A stretch of 64,000 nucleotides of DNA from Clostridia bacterium (lineage in GTDB: Bacteria > Bacillota > Clostridia > TANB77 > CAG-508): positions 35,831 to 99,830 of the forward strand of contig JAFTJF010000011.1 in NCBI GenBank assembly GCA_017456555.1, written 5' to 3'. Positions within the stretch are counted from its first letter, which is position 1, and each line of letters starts with the position of its first letter. The notes under the pieces were generated by a model. The model made no database searches. It saw only the letters and a list, made by a program, of their open reading frames with translations, and was not told the DNA's origin. The position numbers and the translations under genes are program-made. Shown one piece after another: positions 27,089 to 37,100 of this stretch.

Positions 27089-28075
27089 CTATTTATCTAA
27101 ATCCTGACTCATTTTATTTAAAATTTCGATTGAAATATAATTCATTAAGTCTATAAATTCAGTATTATATCCAATAAATGAAGCCGAAAATGCTTCGTGC
27201 TCAATTTTGAATGTTTCACCACCATATTTTTCAAAGAATTCGTCATAACCATAGAAATAGGCTTTTAATGCGTCTTCTTTAAAAAGATTTAAGTATCGAT
27301 ATATGTTTGGAGTATAATGCTTATAACCATTGATATTGCTTGGGATATGAGCGTTTGTTGAATATGTCAATATCTCTGTCATACCTTCATCAAAAGGCAT
27401 ACCTGCATATGGAACATCAGCGGACCAGTTGGTATTTCCGTAATGTGTCAAATGTCTAAGCAGATGGATTAATTCATGAGTTGCAGTATGCTCAAAGAAG
27501 TAATCTTGTTTTTCTTTATTAACATAGATAGAGCCTTCATAAAATTGTGCAACAAGTTCGTCTTGAGTATCTGGAATTGAGAAAAAATCTGAATCTTTTA
27601 CTAAATAGAAGTTTACGTTTTTGACACACTCTTTTAGAAAGTCTTTATCAGAAAAGATTGAATAATCATCGATTAATTTATAAATTCTTTCTTTTGCTGA
27701 TGCGATTTTCTTGTTTTGAGCTAAACTAAGTTTTGAATATTTTAAGTTATCCAGGTTATATTTGAGAAGCTCAGAATTGTAAGGAAGACCTGGAAAACTC
27801 ATATCGTCTAAATAGATATTTGAATAATCTATGTTGTAAGTATAATTATAACCATAGATTTGAGCTGTATCTTCATCAACCGGTGATGTTGAGATAGTTT
27901 CTATTTGGTCGATTTCATTTGAGTCTAACTCATATAAACTTGCTGTATCAAAAAGCTCTTTTTCATAATTTACAGATTCGTCAATTGGGTTTGTTCTAAC
28001 ATCAGTAAGATATTTAAATCCGAATACAAAAACGATAACTGCCAAAATACCAATGATATTATAAAGTTTTTTCAT
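27089..28075 (-). CDS. Membrane-anchored putative zinc metallopeptidase-like protein (HExxH)
   Basis: N-terminal anchor. HELIH motif (TATHELIHLLRH) with a downstream acidic DEGMTE as a possible third ligand. Confidence 0.6.
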   Translation of the reverse strand: MKKLYNIIGILAVIVFVFGFKYLTDVRTNPIDESVNYEKELFDTASLYELDSNEIDQIETISTSPVDEDTAQIYGYNYTYNIDYSNIYLDDMSFPGLPYNSELLKYNLDNLKYSKLSLAQNKKIASAKERIYKLIDDYSIFSDKDFLKECVKNVNFYLVKDSDFFSIPDTQDELVAQFYEGSIYVNKEKQDYFFEHTATHELIHLLRHLTHYGNTNWSADVPYAGMPFDEGMTEILTYSTNAHIPSNINGYKHYTPNIYRYLNLFKEDALKAYFYGYDEFFEKYGGETFKIEHEAFSASFIGYNTEFIDLMNYISIEILNKMSQDLDK

Positions 28076-28610
28076 ATTATTACCATACCTTTCATAAAGA
28101 AAAGGTCAACAGTTACATATTAAAAGATAAAGTTAACAGTTACATATATATGAACACATAATAATATGTGGGACAAAAGTGATAAAACCTCCTTATAAAT
28201 TTTTTCTAAAAACAATTATACAACAGAAAAAGTGTTATGTAAAGTAAATAAAGTTAATATTTATTATAAGTTTTTTTGATATTTGCACTGATTATTTGTA
28301 TATTTAAGATAAAAATATTATAAATAATAAATTGAATATAAAGTTTGAAAAAATGCGAAAGTATAAAAGAGAGAAAAAAAGAGATAAAACGAGGTAAAAA
28401 GAGAAAAGAAAGGTTACAAAACTTGTTGGGAGAAATAACCAACTTTTTTTGACAAATGTTGACTTTTTTGTGAGATTAGAGTATAATATCAATGTTGGGG
28501 CGATTTACATAACCTATAATTATATTGGCTAATGTAAATTAGTAAAAAAACAATAGAATTAAAGAATTAAAATTTATAAATTTTAATTTTAGGATAGGAG
28601 GAATTCAGTA

Positions 28611-29966
28611 ATGGAAATAGAAAAAGAAGAAAACATTATCGAAGAAATTACAAACTTAATTGAAAACAAAAAAATTAAGGATTTAAGAAAATATTTAGAA
28701 TCGATAAATAGTGCTGATTTCCCGAGTATTCTAGAAGATTTAGATGATGAAAAAGTAATAATGATTTATAGATTATTATCAAAAGAAAAAGCAGTAGAAG
28801 TATTTGTAGAATTAGATCCAGATGATCAAGAAAAATTAATAAATCGTTTAACAGATACAGAAATAAAAAATGTAATGAATGAAATTTACATGGATGATGC
28901 TGTTGATTTAATTGAAGAAATGCCTGCAACTGTTGTAAAACGTATTTTGGCTAATACAAAACCAGCAAACAGAAAAATTATAAATGAGCTTTTGAAATAT
29001 CCAGATGATACAGCCGGAACATTAATGACAACAGAGTTTATCGATTTAAAAGAAAATATGACTGTAAAAGATGCTTTTGATTTCATTAAGAAAAAGGGAT
29101 TGAAAAAAGAAACTGTTTATAATTGCTATGTATTAACTGTAGATAGAAAATTATTAGGTGTAATAGATATAAAAGATCTTTTAATAGCAGATAGAGAAGA
29201 GCTAGTAAAAGATATTATGGATGAAAATGTTGTAAAAGCAAATACATTAGAAGACCAAGAAGAAATTATTAAAATGTTTGATAAATATGATTGTATTGCT
29301 TTACCAATAGTAGATCAAGAAGATAGACTAGTTGGTATTATTACTATTGATGATGCTATTGACGTATTACAAGAAGAAACAATGGAAGACTTTGAAAAAA
29401 TGGCAGCTATTGCGCCATCTGATGATACTTATTTAAAAACAAGTGTATTTAAACATGCTAAAAACAGAATAGTTTGGCTTTTAGTATTAATGATTTCATC
29501 AATGATAACAGGTGCAATTATTGAAAATTTTGAAGCAGCAATTTCTTCACTTCCAATACTTGTTGCTTTTATACCTATGATAATGGGAACAGGAGGTAAT
29601 AGTGGTTCTCAAAGTTCTACATTAACAATAAGAGGATTAGCTGTTGATGAAATTAGCACAAAAGATATTTTAAAAGTTATGTGGAAAGAATTAAGAGTTG
29701 CTCTTTTAGTTGGTTTAGCGTTAGCTATTGTAAATAGTGCAAGAATAATGATTCAATATAATGATCCTAAAATAGCTTTTACAGTTTCATTAACATTAAT
29801 GTTTACAGTTATTTTAGCCAAACAATTAGGAGGAATATTACCAATTCTTGCTAAAAAATTAAATTTAGATCCAGCATTAATGGCTTCACCACTATTAACC
29901 ACTGTTGTTGATACAGTTTCAGTTTTATTGTTCTTTACAATATCAACATTAGTATTTGGATTATAA
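28611..29966 (+). CDS. mgtE: Magnesium transporter MgtE
   Basis: MgtE N-domain, tandem CBS domains, and a TM domain with PMIMGTGGNSGSQSS. Promoter TTGACT, 17 nt, TATAAT at about 28459-28487. Confidence 0.95.
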   Translation: MEIEKEENIIEEITNLIENKKIKDLRKYLESINSADFPSILEDLDDEKVIMIYRLLSKEKAVEVFVELDPDDQEKLINRLTDTEIKNVMNEIYMDDAVDLIEEMPATVVKRILANTKPANRKIINELLKYPDDTAGTLMTTEFIDLKENMTVKDAFDFIKKKGLKKETVYNCYVLTVDRKLLGVIDIKDLLIADREELVKDIMDENVVKANTLEDQEEIIKMFDKYDCIALPIVDQEDRLVGIITIDDAIDVLQEETMEDFEKMAAIAPSDDTYLKTSVFKHAKNRIVWLLVLMISSMITGAIIENFEAAISSLPILVAFIPMIMGTGGNSGSQSSTLTIRGLAVDEISTKDILKVMWKELRVALLVGLALAIVNSARIMIQYNDPKIAFTVSLTLMFTVILAKQLGGILPILAKKLNLDPALMASPLLTTVVDTVSVLLFFTISTLVFGL

Positions 29967-30148
29967 AATAAATTTGAAAAATAGCTAATTTATATTAGCT
30001 ATTTTTTTGTTAGATTCATATATAGAATAATACATCATAAATTTATAGAAAAGCAAATATTAACATTTTATTAAATTTGTTGAAAAAAGTCGAAAAATAA
30101 CTTATAATATGAATTGTAAAATTATTATTTTAATTAAGGAAAAATCAA

Positions 30149-30742
30149 ATGAAAAAAGTATACATAGTTTTGGCACATACAGGTACAATATTATCAAGAA
30201 TTATTAAGATTGTAACTGGTGCAGAATATACACATGCATCAATTGCTTTAGATGAAGAGTTAGACCAAATGTATTCTTTTGGAAGAAAATATTCATATAT
30301 CGCTTTTATTGGTGGATTTGTTAAAGAAGGAAATACCTTTGGAACTTTTAAAAGATTTTATAATACAGAAATTAGTGTCTATGAATTAGAAGTTACAAAT
30401 GAGCAATATGAAAAAGTGTGTGAACGAATTGAATATGTAAAACAACATAAAGATGAATATAAATTTAATATATTAGGTCTAGCTTTGGCGGCAATTAATA
30501 AAAAAACATACAGAGAAAAAACATATTATTGTGCAGAATTTGTTAGAGCAGTTTTAGAAAAATCTGGAATAAGTACAAAAAAATTACCAAAAGTAATTAA
30601 GCCAGAACATTTTAAAGAACTTGATGGAGTAAAGTTAATTTATAAAGGTCTATTTAAAACTTATAAAAATAGAATTAAAAATCAAGAATTTATTGAATAT
30701 TTAAACTTTTTATTTGCTAAGAAAAATTATTCTAATTATTAA
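30149..30742 (+). CDS. Permuted papain-like (YiiX/NlpC-P60-related) hypothetical protein
   Basis: A His-containing block (AEYTHASIA) precedes a Cys block (YYCAEFV), the permuted order typical of the YiiX family. Assignment is from memory only. Confidence 0.5.
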   Translation: MKKVYIVLAHTGTILSRIIKIVTGAEYTHASIALDEELDQMYSFGRKYSYIAFIGGFVKEGNTFGTFKRFYNTEISVYELEVTNEQYEKVCERIEYVKQHKDEYKFNILGLALAAINKKTYREKTYYCAEFVRAVLEKSGISTKKLPKVIKPEHFKELDGVKLIYKGLFKTYKNRIKNQEFIEYLNFLFAKKNYSNY

Positions 30743-30892
30743 ATTTAAGATTAATTTAAGTTTATGTATATATAATATAAATGGAAAATACTTAAGATAT
30801 TACAATTAAATAATAATATTGTAATATCTTTTTTCTTAAAGATTTAACAATAAAATATATTATAAATTACAATAAAAAGGAATGATTATTAT

Positions 30893-31561
30893 ATGAGAGT
30901 GTTAATTGTCGAAGATGATAAAATATTAGCCCAAACTGTTGAACAGTGTCTTGGAAAAAAATATGAAATAGATCATGCTTATGACGGTGAAGAAGGTGTA
31001 TTATATGCAAAACAAGAAATATATGATGCAATTATTCTTGATATAATGCTACCTGTTATGAATGGTTATGATGTTTTAAACACATTAAGAAATGATAAAA
31101 TTTATACACCAGTTTTAATATTAACTGCAAAAGATGGAATAAATGATAAAATAAAAGGATTTAGAAGTGGTGCAGATGATTATTTGGTAAAACCATTTAA
31201 TAGAGAAGAATTGGTTGTAAGATTAGAGGCACTAATTAGAAGAACAAGTGGAAATTATTCTGAAAATGTATTAGAATATAAAGGACTTGTTTTAGATTTA
31301 AATAGTAGAAAAATGAGTGCCGATGGAAAAGAGATTATGCTTCAAGGTAAGCAATTTGACATGCTAGAATATCTAATAACCTCAAAAAATACTATAATAA
31401 CAAAAGAGCAAATATTTGATAAAATTTGGGGATTTAATAGTGAAACAACAACAAATGTTATTGAAGTTTATGCAAGTGGATTAAGAAAAGAATTAAAAAA
31501 AATTGGCTATGATAAATATTTAAAAACGATTAGAGGTGTGGGGTATATCTGGTCTGAATAG
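30893..31561 (+). CDS. OmpR-family response regulator
   Basis: Receiver domain (VLIVEDD..DAIILDIMLP..LTAKD) and a winged-helix output domain (IRGVGYIW). Confidence 0.93.
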   Translation: MRVLIVEDDKILAQTVEQCLGKKYEIDHAYDGEEGVLYAKQEIYDAIILDIMLPVMNGYDVLNTLRNDKIYTPVLILTAKDGINDKIKGFRSGADDYLVKPFNREELVVRLEALIRRTSGNYSENVLEYKGLVLDLNSRKMSADGKEIMLQGKQFDMLEYLITSKNTIITKEQIFDKIWGFNSETTTNVIEVYASGLRKELKKIGYDKYLKTIRGVGYIWSE

Positions 31562-31569
31562 AAGGTATT

Positions 31570-32886
31570 ATGGAAGAAAAAGAAGAATTAAAAGGTAGAT
31601 TATTAAAACTAATAATTTCAAATGTTCTAATAATTTTAATAATGTTTTTAATATTTGGTTTGTTCATTTTTTTAATGGTAAAAAACACAGTATATACTAC
31701 TGTTGATAAAGAATTATATGAAACTAGAAGACAAGTAATGGAAATAGATAATGCGATTTTAAAAAGTAATATACAAATAAAGTCAGAAGACTTTTTATTT
31801 TTTAGAAACATTGTAAAAGATTATAGGGATTTTGTGGGTGGAAAAAACTTAGTAAATCCAAATATCACAATTATTTTTAGAGATGAAAATGGAAATATAA
31901 TAAGCGGCGAAATTGGAAGGCTTGCAGAATATCAAGAAGAAATTGATTTTAATTCTAAAAATTTAGATAAGATTTATGATGAGGAAATTTCAAATAAATT
32001 TTATTATAGAGGAATTAATTTTAAAATATCATCTCAATTAGAAGGTAATGTGAGATATGCACAATTATTAATAAATGTAGATAGTGAAAGAAGACTTTTA
32101 AACGGATATTTACAAATCATTGCTTATAGCATAATTATAATAAGTGGATTATCTATAATAGTAAGCTATGTAATATCAAGAAGAAATTTAGAACCATTAA
32201 AAGAAAGTATATCAAAACAAATGGAATTTGTTCAAAATGTATCTCATGAACTAAGAACTCCGCTTACTATAATACAAGCTAAACAAGAATTATTATTACA
32301 AGAACCAGATGCAAAAATTATAGATAAATCAGAAGATATTGTATTAACACTAAATGAGACGAAGAGACTATCAAGACTAGTAAAAGATTTATTAGTACTT
32401 TCAAGAGCTGATAATAATAAACTTACTATTCAAAAAGAAAGTGTAAATATAGATGATTATATAAAAGAAATTGTTACTCCGTATGTTGAAGTTGCTGAGC
32501 TTGAAGAAAAGAAAATTATTTTTAATTTGAATTATAAAACAGATATAAAAATAGATACTAATAAAATATATTAATTAATGATAATTTTATTAGATAATGC
32601 AATAAAATATACAGAAACTGGTGACGAAATTCAAATAAATACATTTGCTAAAGACAACAAATGTGTTATAGAAGTTAAAGATTCTGGAATTGGTGTTAGT
32701 GACGAAGGTTTAAAAAGAATCTTTGAAAGATTTTATAGAGAAGATAGAGCAAGAAATCGAGAAACAGGTGGAACGGGACTTGGGCTTTCAATTGCAAATA
32801 TGATTGTTAGTGCACATGGTGGAACAATAAAAGCAAGCCATAATCAACCGAAAGGAACTGTATTTACAATAAGATTACCAAAATAA
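31570..32886 (+). pseudogene. Sensor histidine kinase interrupted by one in-frame TAA (32572-32574) between the DHp and catalytic domains
   Basis: 31570 and 32578 are in the same frame. H-box SHELRTPLT lies upstream. The N-box LLDNAIKYT starts 5 codons after the stop (..NKIY*LMIILLDNAIKY; the expected residue is Gln, so CAA to TAA). G1 and G2 boxes are present downstream. Confidence 0.8.
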
Positions 32887-33076
32887 AATGTATAAAAGAC
32901 TATTTTGATTATTCAAAATGGTCTTTTTATATATCTATACGTGTATAGTGTTGAGTGAAATTAAAATTTTGACGATGATTGGTGTGCATTTTAGCAATGG
33001 AAATTTTTGTGATTTTTAAGTTTAAAAATAAAACTTTATGAGTATATTAATAGTAATAATTTTCTTGGAGGTTTTT

Positions 33077-35515
33077 ATGGTATATAAATTCACAAAAAGT
33101 GGAGAAAAAGTTCTTGCTATTGCAAATGAGTTAGCTGTTGATATGGGACATAGTTATATAGGAACTGAACATATATTATATGGTTTAGCTTGTGAAGAAA
33201 ATGGTGTTGCAAGCAAGGTTCTAGGAAATCAAGGAATAACACCGGAAGATATATTGGATAAAATAGAAGAATTATTGGGAGCTCAAGTAAAAGAGAATTT
33301 TTCGGTTTTAGGATTTACTCCACGAACTAAAAAGATTTTAGAAAATTCATATTTAGAAGCTAAAAAACTAGCTTCTAATTTTATAGGAACTGAACATCTT
33401 TTAATTGGAATAATGAAAGAAAATGATAGTTTAGCAATAAGAATATTAAATGATTTAGATGTGGAAGCTGAAGATTTATATTCTGATATTGCTAAAACTT
33501 TAAATGAATTTGAAGAAAGCATGAACGAAATAAATCAAGAAAAACAAGAAGTGCAGAATCATAATTCAAATATGCAAAATTTAAGTCAATATGGAAACGA
33601 TTTAACCAAGCAAGCTGAAGAGGGAAAATTAGATCCAGTTATAGGAAGAAATGAAGAAACAGACAGAGTTATAGAAGTGTTATCAAGAAGAACAAAAAAT
33701 AATCCATGTTTAATAGGAGAACCAGGGGTTGGAAAAACAGCTGTAATAGAAGGTTTGGCTCAAAAGATTATTAATGGAAATATACCAGAAAATTTGAAAA
33801 ATAAAAAAGTTATAACATTAGATATAACCTCAATGGTGGCTGGTGCCAAATATAGAGGAGATTTTGAAGAAAGAGTTAAAAAGTGTTTAGCTGAAGTAAA
33901 AAAAGCCCAAGATATAATTTTGTTTATAGATGAAATTCATACAATAGTTGGTGCTGGCGCAGCAGAAGGTGCTATTGATGCTGCAAATATTTTAAAACCA
34001 TTACTAGCAAGAGGTGAAATTCAAGTTGTTGGTGCAACAACAATAAAAGAATATAGAAAATATATTGAAAAAGATCAAGCTTTAGAAAGAAGATTTCAGC
34101 CAATTTATATTGAAGAACCAAATCAGGAAGACACAATTCAAATATTAAAAGGAATAAGAGATAAATATGAAGCTCATCATAATGTAAAAATAACAGATGG
34201 AGCAATACAAGCTGCTGTTGAACTTTCAAGTAGATATATTAATGATAGATTTTTACCAGATAAAGCAATTGACTTAATAGATGAAGCATCAAGTAAAATA
34301 AAATTAAAAGCTTCTGTGGAACCAGAATATTTAAAAAATATGGAAAAAGAACTTGAAAAAACAGTAAGAGAAAAAGAAGAAGCTATTAATGTTCAGAATT
34401 ATGAAAAGGCAGCTAAATTAAGAGATACAGAAAGAAATTTAATAGAAAAGTTAGAAGAAGAAAACGAAAAATGGAAGAGTAGAAATACTAAAAAAATTAT
34501 TAATATAGAAAAAGAAGATATTGAAATGATTATATCAAGATGGACAGGAATACCAATTTACAAAATAACAGAAAGTGAAAATGAGAAATTAAAAAATTTA
34601 GAAAAGACTTTGCATAAAAGAGTAGTAGGACAAGAAAATGCAATTTCAGCAATTTCAAAAGCAATCAGAAGAGGAAGAGTAGGATTAAAAGACCCAAATA
34701 GACCAATAGGTTCCTTTTTATTTTTAGGGCCGACTGGTGTTGGAAAAACAGAATTAACAAAAGCATTAGCAGATAATTTATTTGGAAATGAAAATTCTAT
34801 GATAAGACTTGATATGTCTGAGTATATGGAACAACATTCTGTATCAAAAATAATTGGTTCACCACCAGGATATGTAGGGTATGAGGAATCTAATGGTTTG
34901 GCAGAAAAAGTAAGAAGAAAACCATATTCAGTAGTATTATTTGACGAAATTGAAAAAGCACATTCAGATATTATGAATATATTGCTTCAAATATTAGAAG
35001 ATGGAATATTAACAGATAGCCAAGGAAGAACTGTGAGTTTCAAAAATACAGTTATAATAATGACATCAAATATAGGAGCAAGAAGTATAACAGAAAAGAA
35101 GAAACTTGGATTTTCTAATTTAGAAAGTTCCGAAAATGAAGAAAACAAAGAAATAAAAACTTCTGTAATGTCAGAATTAAAAAGAGAATTAAAACCAGAA
35201 TTTTTAAATAGAATTGATGAAATTATTATTTTTAATAAATTAAATAAAGATGAAATTAGAAAAATTATAGATATTAACTTGGAAAAAGTATCAAAAAGAT
35301 TAAATACGCAAAATTATTATTTTGAATTTGATGATAGTGTAAAAGATTTGGTTGAAAGAAAGGGTACAGATAACAATTATGGAGCAAGACCAATAAGAAG
35401 AGCAATACAAAATTATGTAGAAGATAAAATAGCAGAATTCATATTAGATGGAAAAATAAACAAAAACGAAAAACATATGATATTAGTAAAGAATGAAGAA
35501 ATCTTGATAAAATAG
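33077..35515 (+). CDS. clpC: ATP-dependent Clp protease ATP-binding subunit ClpC (class I AAA+)
   Basis: Two Clp_N repeats, Walker A motifs GEPGVGKT and GPTGVGKT, UVR-like linker YEKAAKLRD. RBS GGAGG before ATG 33077. Confidence 0.92.
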   Translation: MVYKFTKSGEKVLAIANELAVDMGHSYIGTEHILYGLACEENGVASKVLGNQGITPEDILDKIEELLGAQVKENFSVLGFTPRTKKILENSYLEAKKLASNFIGTEHLLIGIMKENDSLAIRILNDLDVEAEDLYSDIAKTLNEFEESMNEINQEKQEVQNHNSNMQNLSQYGNDLTKQAEEGKLDPVIGRNEETDRVIEVLSRRTKNNPCLIGEPGVGKTAVIEGLAQKIINGNIPENLKNKKVITLDITSMVAGAKYRGDFEERVKKCLAEVKKAQDIILFIDEIHTIVGAGAAEGAIDAANILKPLLARGEIQVVGATTIKEYRKYIEKDQALERRFQPIYIEEPNQEDTIQILKGIRDKYEAHHNVKITDGAIQAAVELSSRYINDRFLPDKAIDLIDEASSKIKLKASVEPEYLKNMEKELEKTVREKEEAINVQNYEKAAKLRDTERNLIEKLEEENEKWKSRNTKKIINIEKEDIEMIISRWTGIPIYKITESENEKLKNLEKTLHKRVVGQENAISAISKAIRRGRVGLKDPNRPIGSFLFLGPTGVGKTELTKALADNLFGNENSMIRLDMSEYMEQHSVSKIIGSPPGYVGYEESNGLAEKVRRKPYSVVLFDEIEKAHSDIMNILLQILEDGILTDSQGRTVSFKNTVIIMTSNIGARSITEKKKLGFSNLESSENEENKEIKTSVMSELKRELKPEFLNRIDEIIIFNKLNKDEIRKIIDINLEKVSKRLNTQNYYFEFDDSVKDLVERKGTDNNYGARPIRRAIQNYVEDKIAEFILDGKINKNEKHMILVKNEEILIK

Positions 35516-35517
35516 AA

Positions 35518-35550
35518 AAGAACTCTCGGTTGAAACGAGAGTTCTTTTTT
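35518..35550 (+). terminator. clpC terminator
   Basis: AAGAACTCTCG-gttgaaa-CGAGAGTTCTT plus T-run. Confidence 0.8.
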
Positions 35551-35551
35551 A

Positions 35552-35645
35552 TGTGATTTGGGGACGGAGACAAAAATCATTCTTTAGCCAAAAAATTTAA
35601 AAAATGGATTTTGGGATGATTTTTGTCTCCGTCCCCAAATCACAA
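35552..35645. repeat. Palindromic MITE/REP-like element, copy 1 (29-bp terminal inverted repeats)
   Basis: TGTGATTTGGGGACGGAGACAAAAATCAT ... ATGATTTTTGTCTCCGTCCCCAAATCACA. Second copy at 46597-46681. Confidence 0.85.
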
Positions 35646-35649
35646 ATTG

Positions 35650-36534
35650 TTATTTTTTATCATAATCCATGTTTACTGGATGTACGTGGACTACTGCTTT
35701 ATCGATTTTTTCAAGTTGTTCTACATCTTTCTCTAGGTGATTTGCGAGCTTATGACTTTCATAAGTTGACATTTCGCCATCAACAGCAATTGTAAAAACA
35801 ACTAAATATTTGTAACCAACAGGAGCACAATATAAATTATAACAATTTTTAATATTTTCATGTTGTTTAACTAAATTTATAATTATTTCTTTTGTAGATT
35901 CATCTAGAGAAACATCCATTAAAACATTGTAACTTTCAATAAAAATACCAATACCAGTTAATAAAATCCAAATGGAAATACAAATACCAACTAAACCATC
36001 AACCCAATAAATACCAAAGTATCCAAATACAATTGAAATTAGAGTACAAGTTGTAACTAAACAATCATTTTTATGATCTTTATAATTTGATTTTAAAAGG
36101 ATGCTATCATATTTTTTGAACATATTTTTTGTATATAAAAATAAACTAAGTTTTGTTATTATAGTAAGAATACAAACAATTATTAGTATCCAAGAAAATT
36201 CAAAATATGATTTGTTAATTAAAGAAATAACAGAATCTGCTAATAGTTTTATTGAAACTAAAATCATTGTTATGCTTATAAATAATGAAAAAATATATTC
36301 TGCTTTTCCGTGTCCGAAATTGTGATCATTATCTTTTGGTTCACTTGAAATTCTATTTCCAATAAAAGTCATAAGTGATGCAATTATATCTGAAGCACTA
36401 TTAACACTATCTGCAATCATGGATTGACTATGAGTAAAAATACCAATAGCACCTTTTATAATTAATAAAAATATATTTCCAATAATTCCGACTAAACCAG
36501 CTTTTTTTATGTCTTTAAACTTTTTTGATTCCAT
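35650..36534 (-). CDS. Cation diffusion facilitator (CDF) family metal efflux transporter
   Basis: Six TM segments with SQSMIADSVNSASD and HNFGHGKAEY motifs, plus a C-terminal cytoplasmic domain. RBS AAAGAGGT before ATG 36534. Confidence 0.88.
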   Translation of the reverse strand: MESKKFKDIKKAGLVGIIGNIFLLIIKGAIGIFTHSQSMIADSVNSASDIIASLMTFIGNRISSEPKDNDHNFGHGKAEYIFSLFISITMILVSIKLLADSVISLINKSYFEFSWILIIVCILTIITKLSLFLYTKNMFKKYDSILLKSNYKDHKNDCLVTTCTLISIVFGYFGIYWVDGLVGICISIWILLTGIGIFIESYNVLMDVSLDESTKEIIINLVKQHENIKNCYNLYCAPVGYKYLVVFTIAVDGEMSTYESHKLANHLEKDVEQLEKIDKAVVHVHPVNMDYDKK

Positions 36535-36655
36535 TTTTACCTCTTTAAAATTAAAATTCAAATCAAATAATATCATATAATAAAAATTTTACAAGATATT
36601 GATTAAAAAAAATGTATATGTTATAATTTCTTTAGTTTTAACAAAAGAAAGATAG

Positions 36656-37003
36656 GTGTTATTTTTGATAGCAATACTAATAATTTGCATTTTAGTTACA
36701 ATGGCATTGCTTTTAGCACTTCTTGCAGTATACCAAATTAAAATGGCTGGAATGGAAGTAAATGACTTTATGTCTTTTATAAAAGCAAATGATACTCTAA
36801 ATAAATTATATGCATTTTCAATAAAATATGATAAATTAACTCCTCAACAACAAGTGTTGTTTTTAAAGGAGGCAGATACTATTTTTGATGCATTCGGAAA
36901 AGTACCAGATGCACTTTGGGAAGAAGACTATCAAAAATATATGGAAATTTTGAATAAATATAAAGATATAAAAATAAAAAGATGGGAATCTCAAGATGAA
37001 TAA
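36656..37003 (+). CDS. Small membrane-anchored hypothetical protein
   Basis: N-terminal TM segment. The start is ambiguous (GTG 36656 or TTG 36665). Confidence 0.5.
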   Translation: MLFLIAILIICILVTMALLLALLAVYQIKMAGMEVNDFMSFIKANDTLNKLYAFSIKYDKLTPQQQVLFLKEADTIFDAFGKVPDALWEEDYQKYMEILNKYKDIKIKRWESQDE

Positions 37004-37100
37004 ATCTTGAGTTCTTTTTTTCACATTTTTCCAAATTTTTCATAGTATATAAAGAAATAATTGTAATAAATTATTTAGTATAATGGAGGAAGGTGTGAAG

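Noticed and set aside
28254-28492. Two overlapping 62-aa minus-strand ORFs upstream of mgtE.
   Set aside because: They are low-complexity Phe/Leu/Ile/Ser translations of a purine-rich plus-strand tract. They have no RBS and overlap the mgtE promoter.
28440-28610. I looked for an M-box (Mg2+) riboswitch in the mgtE leader.
   Set aside because: The leader of about 115 nt has only two simple A/T hairpins and none of the conserved M-box segments I can recall. No riboswitch is claimed.
32887-33076. I looked for a CtsR operator (tandem GGTCAAA heptads) upstream of clpC.
   Set aside because: Only a single GTCAAA half-site is present (on the minus strand, near 32980) and there is no tandem repeat. 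The CTATAC-gt-GTATAG palindrome at about 32935 is too short to interpret.
35604-35795. 63-aa plus-strand ORF starting inside the palindromic element.
   Set aside because: It begins in the loop of the repeat, runs through its right arm and then antisense into the CDF transporter gene. It has no RBS.
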